A stretch of DNA of 7,469 bases from positions 1 through 7,469 of the IMG/VR virus record IMGVR_UViG_2534681934_000021; one strand, written 5' to 3'. The notes below the pieces were generated by a model that worked only from the letters and a program-made list of their open reading frames with translations, ran no database searches and was not told the DNA's origin. This document shows positions 1 through 6,783 of this stretch, in pieces (position 1 is the first letter of the stretch; every line of letters begins with the position of its first letter). The position numbers were made by a program, and so were the translations under genes. The stretch comes from a virus (taxonomy: Duplodnaviria; Heunggongvirae; Uroviricota; Caudoviricetes).

Positions 1-975
1 TTACACATCATTAGTACCTTCCTTATTTTTTGACTGGGACAAATTTGGGACCGATGGGTTCAGGATCGAGTCTATTTGCCGTGCGTGTTCGGTAAGGTGA
101 TTAGGTGCAAGGTGAGCATATCGACGAACCATTTCGATAGACTCCCAGCCTCCCATTTCCTGTAACACTGACAACGGGACTCCGGCTTGAACCAGCCAAC
201 TTGCCCAGGTGTGTCTCAAGTCGTGAAATCTGAAATCATCAATACCAGCCCGTCTCAGCGCCGCTTTCCAGGCTGTGTTTGCGTCATACCGCATCTTCCT
301 TACTGTTGGCGCTTTCGTTCCGTCTGGTTTGGTACAGCTTTCCTTGTACACAAATACCCAACGGTGATGATTACCGATTTGTTTTTTCAATACGCGACAT
401 GCAGTATCATTCAGCGCAACGCCAATTGCGCGGTTTGATTTACTCTCTTCCGGGTTTATCCATGCCACCCGGCGCTGCATATCTATTTGTTGCCATTCAA
501 GGTTGATGATGTTCGAGCGTCTTAAGCCTGTTGCCAGTGCAAATTCAACAACAGACTTTAATGGCTCCGGACATTCATCAATCAGCCTTTGTGCTTCATG
601 GGGCTCCAGCCAGCGGATCCGTTTATTCTTTGGTTGAGGCACTTTAATAATTGGTGCCTTATCGAGCATTTTCCATTCACGCTCTGCGGCTCTTAGCAGG
701 GCCTTTATAAATGAAAGATGCGTAGCCTTCGTTGCAACGGACGCTGGTTTTGGCGTGTATTCTGGAACAGGTTTCCCTTTTTTTCTGCATGCTTCTGCCC
801 TGAGTTTCCAGTTTTCCTCATGACGCCGGTTCGTCATTTTCTGCATTGCTGAATAAATTTTTGATTCAGTAATGTCTCTTAGTTGCATTCCTGCGAAATG
901 TTGAAGCCAGAATCCGATCTGCTTTCCATTGAGCCTGTTTCTCTGCGCGACGTTCGCGGCGGCGTGTTTGTGCAT
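1..975 (-). CDS. int: Tyrosine site-specific recombinase/integrase, 5'-truncated (core-binding and catalytic domains only); the ORF begins at an ATG in the N leader and its first ~20 codons are N DNA read in the +1 frame
   Basis: C-terminal motifs [18 protein letters not shown] and RRYAHL match the Arg/His-x-x-Arg/Tyr catalytic signature of tyrosine recombinases. There is no arm-binding N-terminal domain. The sequence upstream of ~918 is identical to the lambda N start as I recall it, so the N-terminus is a deletion fusion. The protein is not similar to lambda Int. Confidence 0.72.
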   Translation of the reverse strand: MHKHAAANVAQRNRLNGKQIGFWLQHFAGMQLRDITESKIYSAMQKMTNRRHEENWKLRAEACRKKGKPVPEYTPKPASVATKATHLSFIKALLRAAEREWKMLDKAPIIKVPQPKNKRIRWLEPHEAQRLIDECPEPLKSVVEFALATGLRRSNIINLEWQQIDMQRRVAWINPEESKSNRAIGVALNDTACRVLKKQIGNHHRWVFVYKESCTKPDGTKAPTVRKMRYDANTAWKAALRRAGIDDFRFHDLRHTWASWLVQAGVPLSVLQEMGGWESIEMVRRYAHLAPNHLTEHARQIDSILNPSVPNLSQSKNKEGTNDV

Positions 976-979
976 CCAT
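866..979 (-). pseudogene. N: Antiterminator N remnant: the first ~20 codons match lambda N ([20 protein letters not shown]), followed by an out-of-frame tail after the deletion junction near 918
   Basis: The minus strand reads AGGAGAATCCAG ATG GAT GCA CAA ACA CGC CGC CGC GAA CGT CGC GCA GAG AAA CAG GCT CAA TGG AAA GCA, then diverges from the recalled lambda N (AANPLLVG...). The Shine-Dalgarno AGGAGA lies at 986-991. Confidence 0.8.
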
Positions 980-1136
980 CTGGATTCTCCTGTTAGTTAG
1001 CTTTGGTTGTGTGTGGGAGTCGTAGTCCTGAACGAAAACACCCCGCAATGGCACATTGGCTGCTAATCCGGATTCGCACTTCCGGCCAATGCTTCGTTTC
1101 GTATCACACACACCAAAGCCTTCTGCTTTGAATGCT

Positions 1137-1167
1137 GCCCTTCTTCAGGGCTTAATTTTTAAGAGCA
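1137..1167 (-). promoter_or_regulatory. nutL: nutL (boxB 1137-1151, boxA 1159-1167)
   Basis: The minus strand reads TGCTCTTAA...GCCCTGAAGAAGGGC, matching the lambda nutL boxB stem-loop exactly as recalled; boxA differs by one base (T for C). Confidence 0.7.
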
Positions 1168-1206
1168 TCACCTTCATGGTGGTTAGTGCGTCCTGCTGAT
1201 GTGCTT

Positions 1207-1269
1207 GGTATCACCGCTAGTGGTATTTGTGTCAACATCGCCAGAGATAATTTATCACCGCAGATGGTT
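1207..1269 (-). promoter_or_regulatory. pL promoter with operators OL1 (1209-1225), OL2 (1233-1249), OL3 (1253-1269)
   Basis: Three 17-bp operators, TATCACCGCTAGTGGTA, CAACATCGCCAGAGATA and TATCACCGCAGATGGTT, sit around -35 TTGACA (complement of 1230-1235) and -10 GATACC (complement of 1207-1212). The region is near-identical to lambda pL/OL with a few substitutions. Confidence 0.8.
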
Positions 1270-1282
1270 ATCTGTATGTTTT

Positions 1283-2158
1283 TTATATAGATTTATTTTT
1301 TGCAGGGTTGTGTGGCTTGGGAGGTGATCGAGAGATCAGAATTGCGTTGTTTAGTGAGTTGCACCTATTAATTTTAAAATAAATACAATTGCCTTTTTTT
1401 CGATCTTCCCACCAGTCAGGTGCCGGGTCTGGCTCAACATGTAAAGCATCGGCAAGTCCTGATATCAAGCTGTATGACTGAACTCCATCAATGTGCTCTG
1501 ACAGTGATGGGGTAACATTCTGTCTTAGTGGATCAAGAATAAAATCAATACCTTTAATTCTGGCGTGTTTGGCGGCAGGCACAAAGTCTGAGTCCCCAGC
1601 AACAAGGACAATTACATCAACAAGTTTTTCATAAGCTAAAGTCGTGATATCCATCCCTAGCTTGATATCAACTTGTTTTTGTTTGATGTCATAGTAAAAA
1701 TCATCATTTGTCAGTTCATCCCATTTTTTCGTTCCTTTCATCAGAGCATCAAGGGAGAATGTAGTTAGTTGCCATCGCTTATTATCAACAAGATTCCCTA
1801 ATCTTAAGGCTGTTTTTCGAGTTTTTCTTAACTCTTCATGCAGCTCCGTTCTCAGAATATATGATTTTTCGAGTTTGAAATTCTTGCGACCAGGCGTCTT
1901 ATTGCCAGGCTCAGGAAGTGGAAGGCGTGTTTGAATGTCGAGTGGTGGACAGTCATAGAAGTAAATTCTATAAAGCTCAAGCGGTTCCCTACGTTCTTGT
2001 GATTGACGTTTTCCATTAAGATGGGAAAGAACCATTGACCATATTACTTTCATTATGCATTGCGCAGTCAGTTCATGCTCGGCGAAGTGTTTACGATGCG
2101 TAGCATGAACACGCTGCATGAAAAAACCCGCATCAATTAAAATTGCTGCTTTCTTCAT
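1283..2158 (-). CDS. NYN/LabA-like (PIN-fold) nuclease-domain protein, 291 aa; a cargo gene occupying the rexA-rexB position; candidate exclusion/defence gene
   Basis: The N-terminal MKKAAILIDAGFF and C-terminal VLVAGDSDFVPAAKHARIKG motifs are typical of NYN/LabA domains, along with an internal acidic motif (VDIKLGMDI). The start ATG is at 2158. The gene lies between the cI stop (2286) and the point where lambda-like sequence resumes (~1400). The last ~38 codons read through lambda-like DNA. Confidence 0.7.
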   Translation of the reverse strand: MKKAAILIDAGFFMQRVHATHRKHFAEHELTAQCIMKVIWSMVLSHLNGKRQSQERREPLELYRIYFYDCPPLDIQTRLPLPEPGNKTPGRKNFKLEKSYILRTELHEELRKTRKTALRLGNLVDNKRWQLTTFSLDALMKGTKKWDELTNDDFYYDIKQKQVDIKLGMDITTLAYEKLVDVIVLVAGDSDFVPAAKHARIKGIDFILDPLRQNVTPSLSEHIDGVQSYSLISGLADALHVEPDPAPDWWEDRKKGNCIYFKINRCNSLNNAILISRSPPKPHNPAKNKSI

Positions 2159-2167
2159 AAGAGTCCC

Positions 2168-2227
2168 AAAAAAATAGCCCAGAGCCGTTATGCAGATATT
2201 AACAATTGTCTGCGAACGGGGCTGGGC
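2168..2227 (-). terminator. Candidate intrinsic terminator/attenuator hairpin followed by U7, immediately upstream of the NYN start codon
   Basis: On the minus-strand RNA: GCCCAG-CC-CCGUU...(inner stem GCAGA/UCUGC)...AACGG-CU-CUGGGC, then UAUUUUUUU (plus 2168-2174 is A7). The outer stem is 11 bp with a 2x2 internal loop. Confidence 0.35.
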
Positions 2228-2238
2228 TTGGTTTAATT

Positions 2239-2267
2239 AATCTATGCCAAGTTGACTGTGCCGTCAA
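2239..2267 (-). promoter_or_regulatory. Candidate sigma70 promoter between cI and the NYN gene, overlapping a perfect palindrome TTGAC-N6-GTCAA
   Basis: -35 TTGACG (complement of 2262-2267), 17-bp spacer, -10 TAGATT (complement of 2239-2244). The palindrome ttgactgtgccgtcaa is at 2252-2267. Confidence 0.25.
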
Positions 2268-2285
2268 CATAAAACTTACTTCCTA

Positions 2286-2998
<713 letters not shown>

Positions 2999-3004
2999 AC
3001 GTTA

Positions 3005-3074
3005 AATCTATCACCGCAAGGGATAAATATCTAACACCGCGCGTGTTGACTACTTTACCTCTGGCGGTGATAAT
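3005..3074. promoter_or_regulatory. Right operator region: OR3 (3009-3025), OR2 (3032-3048), OR1 (3056-3072), with divergent pRM (leftward) and pR (rightward)
   Basis: OR3 TATCACCGCAAGGGATA, OR2 TAACACCGCGCGTGTTG, OR1 TACCTCTGGCGGTGATA. pR has -35 TTGACT (3046-3051) and -10 GATAAT (3069-3074). pRM has -10 TAGATT (complement of 3005-3010) and -35 TAGATA (complement of 3028-3033). Confidence 0.85.
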
Positions 3075-3089
3075 GGTTGCATGTACTAA

Positions 3090-3302
<213 letters not shown>

Positions 3303-3305
3303 CCC

Positions 3306-3337
3306 CGCTCTTACACATTCCAGCCCTGAAAAAGGGC
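3306..3337 (+). promoter_or_regulatory. nutR: nutR (boxA CGCTCTTAC 3306-3314; boxB GCCCTGAAAAAGGGC 3323-3337)
   Basis: Both elements match the lambda nutR boxA/boxB as recalled, directly downstream of cro. Confidence 0.75.
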
Positions 3338-3399
3338 ATCCAATTAAACCACACCTATGGTGTATGCATTTATTTGCATACATTCAATCAATTGTTATC

Positions 3400-3440
3400 T
3401 AAGGAAATACTTACATATGGTTCGTGCAAACAAACGCAAC
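3400..3440 (-). promoter_or_regulatory. pRE, the CII-activated promoter for repressor establishment
   Basis: The minus strand carries the CII binding motif TTGC-N6-TTGC (TTGCGTTTGTTTGC, complement of 3426-3439) overlapping the cII start, with a -10-like AAGTAT downstream, as in lambda. Confidence 0.5.
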
Positions 3441-3710
3441 GAGGCTCTACGAATCGAGAGTGCGTTGCTTAACAAAATCGCAATGCTTGGAACTGAGAAG
3501 ACAGCGGAAGCTGTGGGAGTTGATAAGTCGCAGATCAGCAGGTGGAAGAGAGACTGGATTCCAAAGTTCTCAATGCTGCTTGCTGTTCTTGAATGGGGGG
3601 TCGTTGACGACGACATGGCTCGATTGGCGCGACAAGTTGCTGCGATTCTCACCAATAAAAAACGCCCGGCGGCAACCGAGCGTTCTGAACAAATCCAGAT
3701 GGAGTTCTGA
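3417..3710 (+). CDS. cII: CII transcriptional activator, 97 aa, apparently intact
   Basis: MVRANKRNEALRIESALLNKIAMLGTEKTAEAVGVDKSQISRWKRDWIPKF...EQIQMEF matches lambda CII. The ATG is at 3417; the ORF track's upstream start at 3357 is an in-frame extension. Confidence 0.9.
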   Translation: MVRANKRNEALRIESALLNKIAMLGTEKTAEAVGVDKSQISRWKRDWIPKFSMLLAVLEWGVVDDDMARLARQVAAILTNKKRPAATERSEQIQMEF

Positions 3711-3733
3711 GGTCATTACTGGATCTATCAACA
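3656..3733 (-). ncRNA. oop: oop antisense RNA (~77 nt) overlapping the 3' end of cII
   Basis: The minus strand reads GTTGATAGATCCAGTAATGACCTCAGAACTCCATCTGGATTTGTTCAGAACGCTCGGTTGCCGCCGGGCGTTTTTTATT, i.e. the lambda oop sequence as recalled, with a GC-rich hairpin and U-tract terminator. Confidence 0.65.
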
Positions 3734-3742
3734 GGAGTCATT

Positions 3743-4664
3743 ATGACAAATACAGCAAAAATACTCAACTTCGGCAGAGGTAACTTTGCCGGACAGGAGC
3801 GTAATGTGGCAGATCTCGATGATGGTTACGCCAGACTATCAAATATGCTGCTTGAGGCTTATTCGGGCGCAGATCTGACCAAGCGACAGTTTAAAGTGCT
3901 GCTTGCCATTCTGCGTAAAACCTATGGGTGGAATAAACCAATGGACAGAATCACCGATTCTCAACTTAGCGAGATTACAAAGTTACCTGTCAAACGGTGC
4001 AATGAAGCCAAGTTAGAACTCGTCAGAATGAATATTATCAAGCAGCAAGGCGGCATGTTTGGACCAAATAAAAACATCTCAGAATGGTGTATCCCTCAAA
4101 ACGAGGGAAAATCCCCTAAAACGAGGGATAAAACATCCCTCAAATTGGGGGATTGCTATCCCTCAAATTGGGGGATTGCTATCCCTCAAAACAGGGGGAC
4201 ACAAAAGACACTATTACAAAAGAAAAAGAAAAGATTATTCGTCCGAGAATTCTGGCGAATCCTCTGACCAGCCAGAAAACGATCTTTCTGTGGTTAAACC
4301 GGATGCTGCAATTCAGAGCGGCAGCAAGTGGGGAACAGCAGAAGACCTGACCGCCGCAGAGTGGATGTTTGACATGGTGAAGACCATCGCGCCATCAGCC
4401 AGAAAACCGAATTTTGCTGGGTGGGCTAACGATATCCGCCTGATGCGTGAACGTGACGGACGTAACCACCGCGATATGTGTGTGCTTTTCCGCTGGGCCT
4501 GCCAGGACAACTTCTGGTCCGGTAACGTGCTGAGTCCGGCCAAACTCCGCGACAAGTGGACCCAGCTCGAAATCAACCGTAACAAGCAACAGGCAGGCGT
4601 GACAGCCAGCAAACCAAAACTCGACCTGACAAACACTGACTGGATTTACGGGGTGGATTTATGA
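3743..4664 (+). pseudogene. O: Replication initiator O, disrupted by a 23-bp tandem duplication inside the ori iterons and by a 1-bp shorter A-run
   Basis: The N-terminal 174-aa ORF (3743-4267) matches lambda O up to the iterons. An intermediate frame (4153-4350) matches ...LKLGDCYPSKQGDTKDTITKEK. The C-terminal portion (KRKDYSSENSG... to GVDL) is in a third frame, ending at 4664. Confidence 0.85.
4092..4198 (+). repeat. ori-lambda iterons, five copies where lambda has four (iteron 3 tandemly duplicated), followed by an AT-rich region
   Basis: tccctcaaaacgaggga (4092-4108), tcccctaaaacgaggga (4112-4128), tccctcaaattggggga (4135-4151 and again at 4158-4174), tccctcaaaacaggggga (4181-4198). 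The duplicated 23-bp unit is 4135-4157 and 4158-4180. Confidence 0.8.
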
Positions 4665-4972
4665 AAAACATCGCCGCACAGATGGTTAACTTTGACCGTG
4701 AGCAGATGCGTCGGATCGCCAACATCGATAACCAGGACATGACGATATCGGTCTGGGTCTTTCCTGATACTGATATTTCAGATGTATCGCGTGAGTTAAT
4801 TGCGGCAATTAAACAGGGGTATCTAACAGTAAAAGCCGCCGGGGTATGGGCGGGGGGCATTGAAACACCTTCGGTGGAAACTCCATCGGAAGGCTCTAAA
4901 TTTTTTGGTTTTGATATGGATAACGAATTCATCAGTGGTTTTGATGTAGGGGCATGGGGAGTATTACTCTGA
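4661..4972 (+). pseudogene. P: P' remnant: the first ~21 codons of replication protein P fused in frame to the C-terminal ~80 codons of an unidentified tail/baseplate-module gene (deletion junction near 4725)
   Basis: MKNIAAQMVNFDREQMRRIAN matches the lambda P N-terminus, then diverges (IDNQDMTISVWVFPDTD...). The ATG overlaps the O stop, and the ORF's own stop overlaps the downstream stf start (TGATG at 4970-4974). Confidence 0.7.
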
Positions 4973-5766
4973 TGGCGAAAAATGACTTTAAAGCGTTTGC
5001 AACTGATCGAAATGCCAATGTTATGTCGCAGGAGGAATGGGAAGCGTTGCCTGCGCTTATATCCGGATTTACAGCAGGGAAAGCATCCAGTGCGCAAGTC
5101 AATAAGGTTATTCGGCAGGCCAGCTTTATTGCTGCAGCTCTGGCCCAGTTTGTAAGTGATAAAACGCAACGGGATGTGCTTGATAATGGTGATCTGCCCG
5201 GTTTTGTTGAATTGCTGGGATCGGGGTTTGCTGTTGAATACCTGAGCCGCAAGAATCCGTTTGGCGATATCAAATCGGACGGCACGGTGAAAACGGCTCT
5301 TCAAAACCTTGGTTTGGGAGAAGGTGCTCCAGCTATTGGCGTTCCGTTCTTCTGGCCGTCCGCTGCAATGCCAAATACTGTAATCGACAGCTGGTCCTGT
5401 ATGGTGTTTTTGAAGTTCAACGGCGCGAAATTCTCTGCCACTGATTATCCTGTGCTGGCGAAAGTGTTTCCTTCGCTGGTATTACCTGAAGCCCGCGGTG
5501 ATTTCATTCGTATCTGGGATGACGGGCGAGGTGCAGACGGTGGTCGCGAATTATTAAGCTGGCAGGCAGCTACAAACTTTTCTCAGTTTGCCGGGAATAT
5601 AGGCGAAGGTGCGGGACACGCAATTAACTTTCATGATGGCATCGCCGGAAATCAGCCAGGATTTTCACGATTTAATTTCACCAGTAACTCTGTGGGTGAT
5701 GGTGTGAATTTTGTTGCAGTCAGACCGCGAAATATTGCATTTAACTTTCTGGTGAGGGCTAAATAA
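4954..5766 (+). CDS. stf: Short side tail fibre protein with a receptor-binding-type C-terminus; the likely true start is ATG 4972 (MAKNDF...)
   Basis: C-terminal motifs [12 protein letters not shown]...[20 protein letters not shown]...[19 protein letters not shown]...[11 protein letters not shown] resemble the lambda Stf and P2 H / Mu S C-termini (GAPIPWP...NIAFNYIVRLA). It is followed directly by tfa. Confidence 0.75.
   Translation: MGSITLMAKNDFKAFATDRNANVMSQEEWEALPALISGFTAGKASSAQVNKVIRQASFIAAALAQFVSDKTQRDVLDNGDLPGFVELLGSGFAVEYLSRKNPFGDIKSDGTVKTALQNLGLGEGAPAIGVPFFWPSAAMPNTVIDSWSCMVFLKFNGAKFSATDYPVLAKVFPSLVLPEARGDFIRIWDDGRGADGGRELLSWQAATNFSQFAGNIGEGAGHAINFHDGIAGNQPGFSRFNFTSNSVGDGVNFVAVRPRNIAFNFLVRAK
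5297..5322. other. Candidate DNA-invertase (Pin/Gin/Cin/Hin family) crossover site inside stf
   Basis: The 26-bp sequence CTCTTCAAAACC-TT-GGTTTGGGAGAA has imperfect 12-bp inverted half-sites around a 2-bp core. It fits the AAACC-NN-GGTTT pattern of hix/gix/cix/pix sites and lies at the boundary between the constant and variable parts of the fibre. Confidence 0.5.
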
Positions 5767-6359
5767 TGAAACCTGTTTTTGATGAAAATGGGCTGGCTAC
5801 AGTGCCGGGCGATATGCGTTGTTTTTATTATGATGCTGAAACATCTGAGTATACGGGCTGGTCTGATGAATATATTAATACTGGCGTAAGTATGCCCGCC
5901 TGTTCCACTGGTATTGACCCTGGCGAAAACATTCCGGGAAGAGTGGCAGTATTTACAGGTAAGGGATGGAGCCATGAAGAAGACCATCGCAATGAGACTG
6001 TTTACTCAATCGAAAATGGCGCAGCTGTTACAGTGGATTATATCGGTGCCATCAAAGACGGTTATGTCACGATTTCACCGTTAACGCCATACGATAAATG
6101 GGATGGTGAGAAATGGGTGACAGACACTGAGGCACAACACAGTGCCGCAGTAGACGCGGCAGAAGCACAGCGCCAATCACTGATTGATGCAGCAATGGCT
6201 TCCATTAGTCTGATTCAGCTGAAGTTACAGGCCGGACGGAAACTGACTCAGGCAGAAACAACCCGACTTAACGCCGTGCTGGATTACATTGACGCGGTGA
6301 CGGCAACAGATACCAGCACCGCGCCGGATGTCATCTGGCCTGAACTGCCGGAGGCGTAG
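5766..6359 (+). CDS. tfa: Tail fibre assembly protein (chaperone), 197 aa
   Basis: The ATG overlaps the stf stop (TAATG). The C-terminus ...LNAVLDYIDAVTATDTSTAPDVIWPELPEA is typical of the lambda Tfa / Mu U family (VDTSTAPDIEWP). Confidence 0.8.
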   Translation: MKPVFDENGLATVPGDMRCFYYDAETSEYTGWSDEYINTGVSMPACSTGIDPGENIPGRVAVFTGKGWSHEEDHRNETVYSIENGAAVTVDYIGAIKDGYVTISPLTPYDKWDGEKWVTDTEAQHSAAVDAAEAQRQSLIDAAMASISLIQLKLQAGRKLTQAETTRLNAVLDYIDAVTATDTSTAPDVIWPELPEA

Positions 6360-6783
6360 GCCATTCAATATCTGGCGCACCGGAAGTATCGACCAGCTCC
6401 AGTGCGTCCAGATAATCCAGCCACAAATTATATTGCGTCAGTTCGTCACCTTTCAGACGACCAATAGCCGCTTTACCGGGCCATTGCTTACTGTTCATGT
6501 ATTCGTTGGCCTGGTTAATTAGTAGCTGTCTTTCTGATTCAGTAATTTCAATAAGCTCTTCATGCGTGGGTGGAGGAATATCTGCCCACGCAGGCAGCCC
6601 ATCATCTCCGGCAATACGGATTTTTCCTTGTGGCGGTTCAGCCATAAACTCACTGATAATATTTTGATTTACTTCCTTAGCGTCTGATAAATCCCATCCC
6701 TCTGATTTATATTTATCAATCATATCCACAGGGAAAAAAGCATTATGCCTTGCGCTATAAACATATTCGTCCATATAAATCAC
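6331..6783 (-). CDS. tfa: Second tail fibre assembly protein in inverted orientation (U'-like), orphaned from its fibre gene; the likely start is ATG at 6774
   Basis: The C-terminus ...NLWLDYLDALELVDTSGAPDIEWPTPPAVQAR is Tfa-family. It converges on the plus-strand tfa with a ~29-bp 3' overlap, the classic invertible-segment arrangement. Confidence 0.75.
   Translation of the reverse strand: MIYMDEYVYSARHNAFFPVDMIDKYKSEGWDLSDAKEVNQNIISEFMAEPPQGKIRIAGDDGLPAWADIPPPTHEELIEITESERQLLINQANEYMNSKQWPGKAAIGRLKGDELTQYNLWLDYLDALELVDTSGAPDIEWPTPPAVQAR

Noticed and set aside
187-506. Two plus-strand ORFs (83 and 75 aa) inside the integrase region
   Set aside because: They are antisense to a well-supported integrase coding frame, with no ribosome-binding site and no recognisable motifs; shadow ORFs.
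866-1111. 81-aa minus-strand ORF overlapping the integrase start
   Set aside because: It is not a gene in its own right. Its upstream half is the nutL/leader region, and its downstream half is the N start (MDAQTRRR...) followed by an out-of-frame tail after the deletion junction. It is annotated as the N remnant instead. No excisionase-like ORF is present.
2200-2275. Possible 24-codon minus-strand micro-ORF (MLTAQSTWHRLIKPSPAPFADNC) between cI and the NYN gene
   Set aside because: Too short to assess, and it overlaps the promoter-like palindrome and the hairpin. The region is more simply explained as regulatory sequence. It would be worth revisiting only if ribosome profiling were available.
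3395-3783. ORFs 3395-3655 (-) and 3424-3783 (+) overlapping cII
   Set aside because: Both overlap the intact, conserved cII frame. The minus-strand region is accounted for by pRE and oop rather than a protein gene.
4313-4636. Minus-strand ORFs (107 and 64 aa) inside the O C-terminal region
   Set aside because: Antisense to the conserved O C-terminal frame; no independent support.
4573-5304. 243-aa minus-strand ORF antisense to the P'/stf region (and nested 4932-5285)
   Set aside because: Despite its length, it is antisense to the tail fibre gene, whose frame shows family-specific motifs. The ORF has no recognisable domain and spans the deletion junction near 4725, so it cannot be an ancestral gene.
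5652-5987. 111-aa minus-strand ORF across the stf/tfa junction
   Set aside because: Antisense to two translationally coupled, well-supported genes.
6328-6522. 64-aa plus-strand ORF overlapping the inverted tfa'
   Set aside because: Antisense shadow ORF within tfa'.
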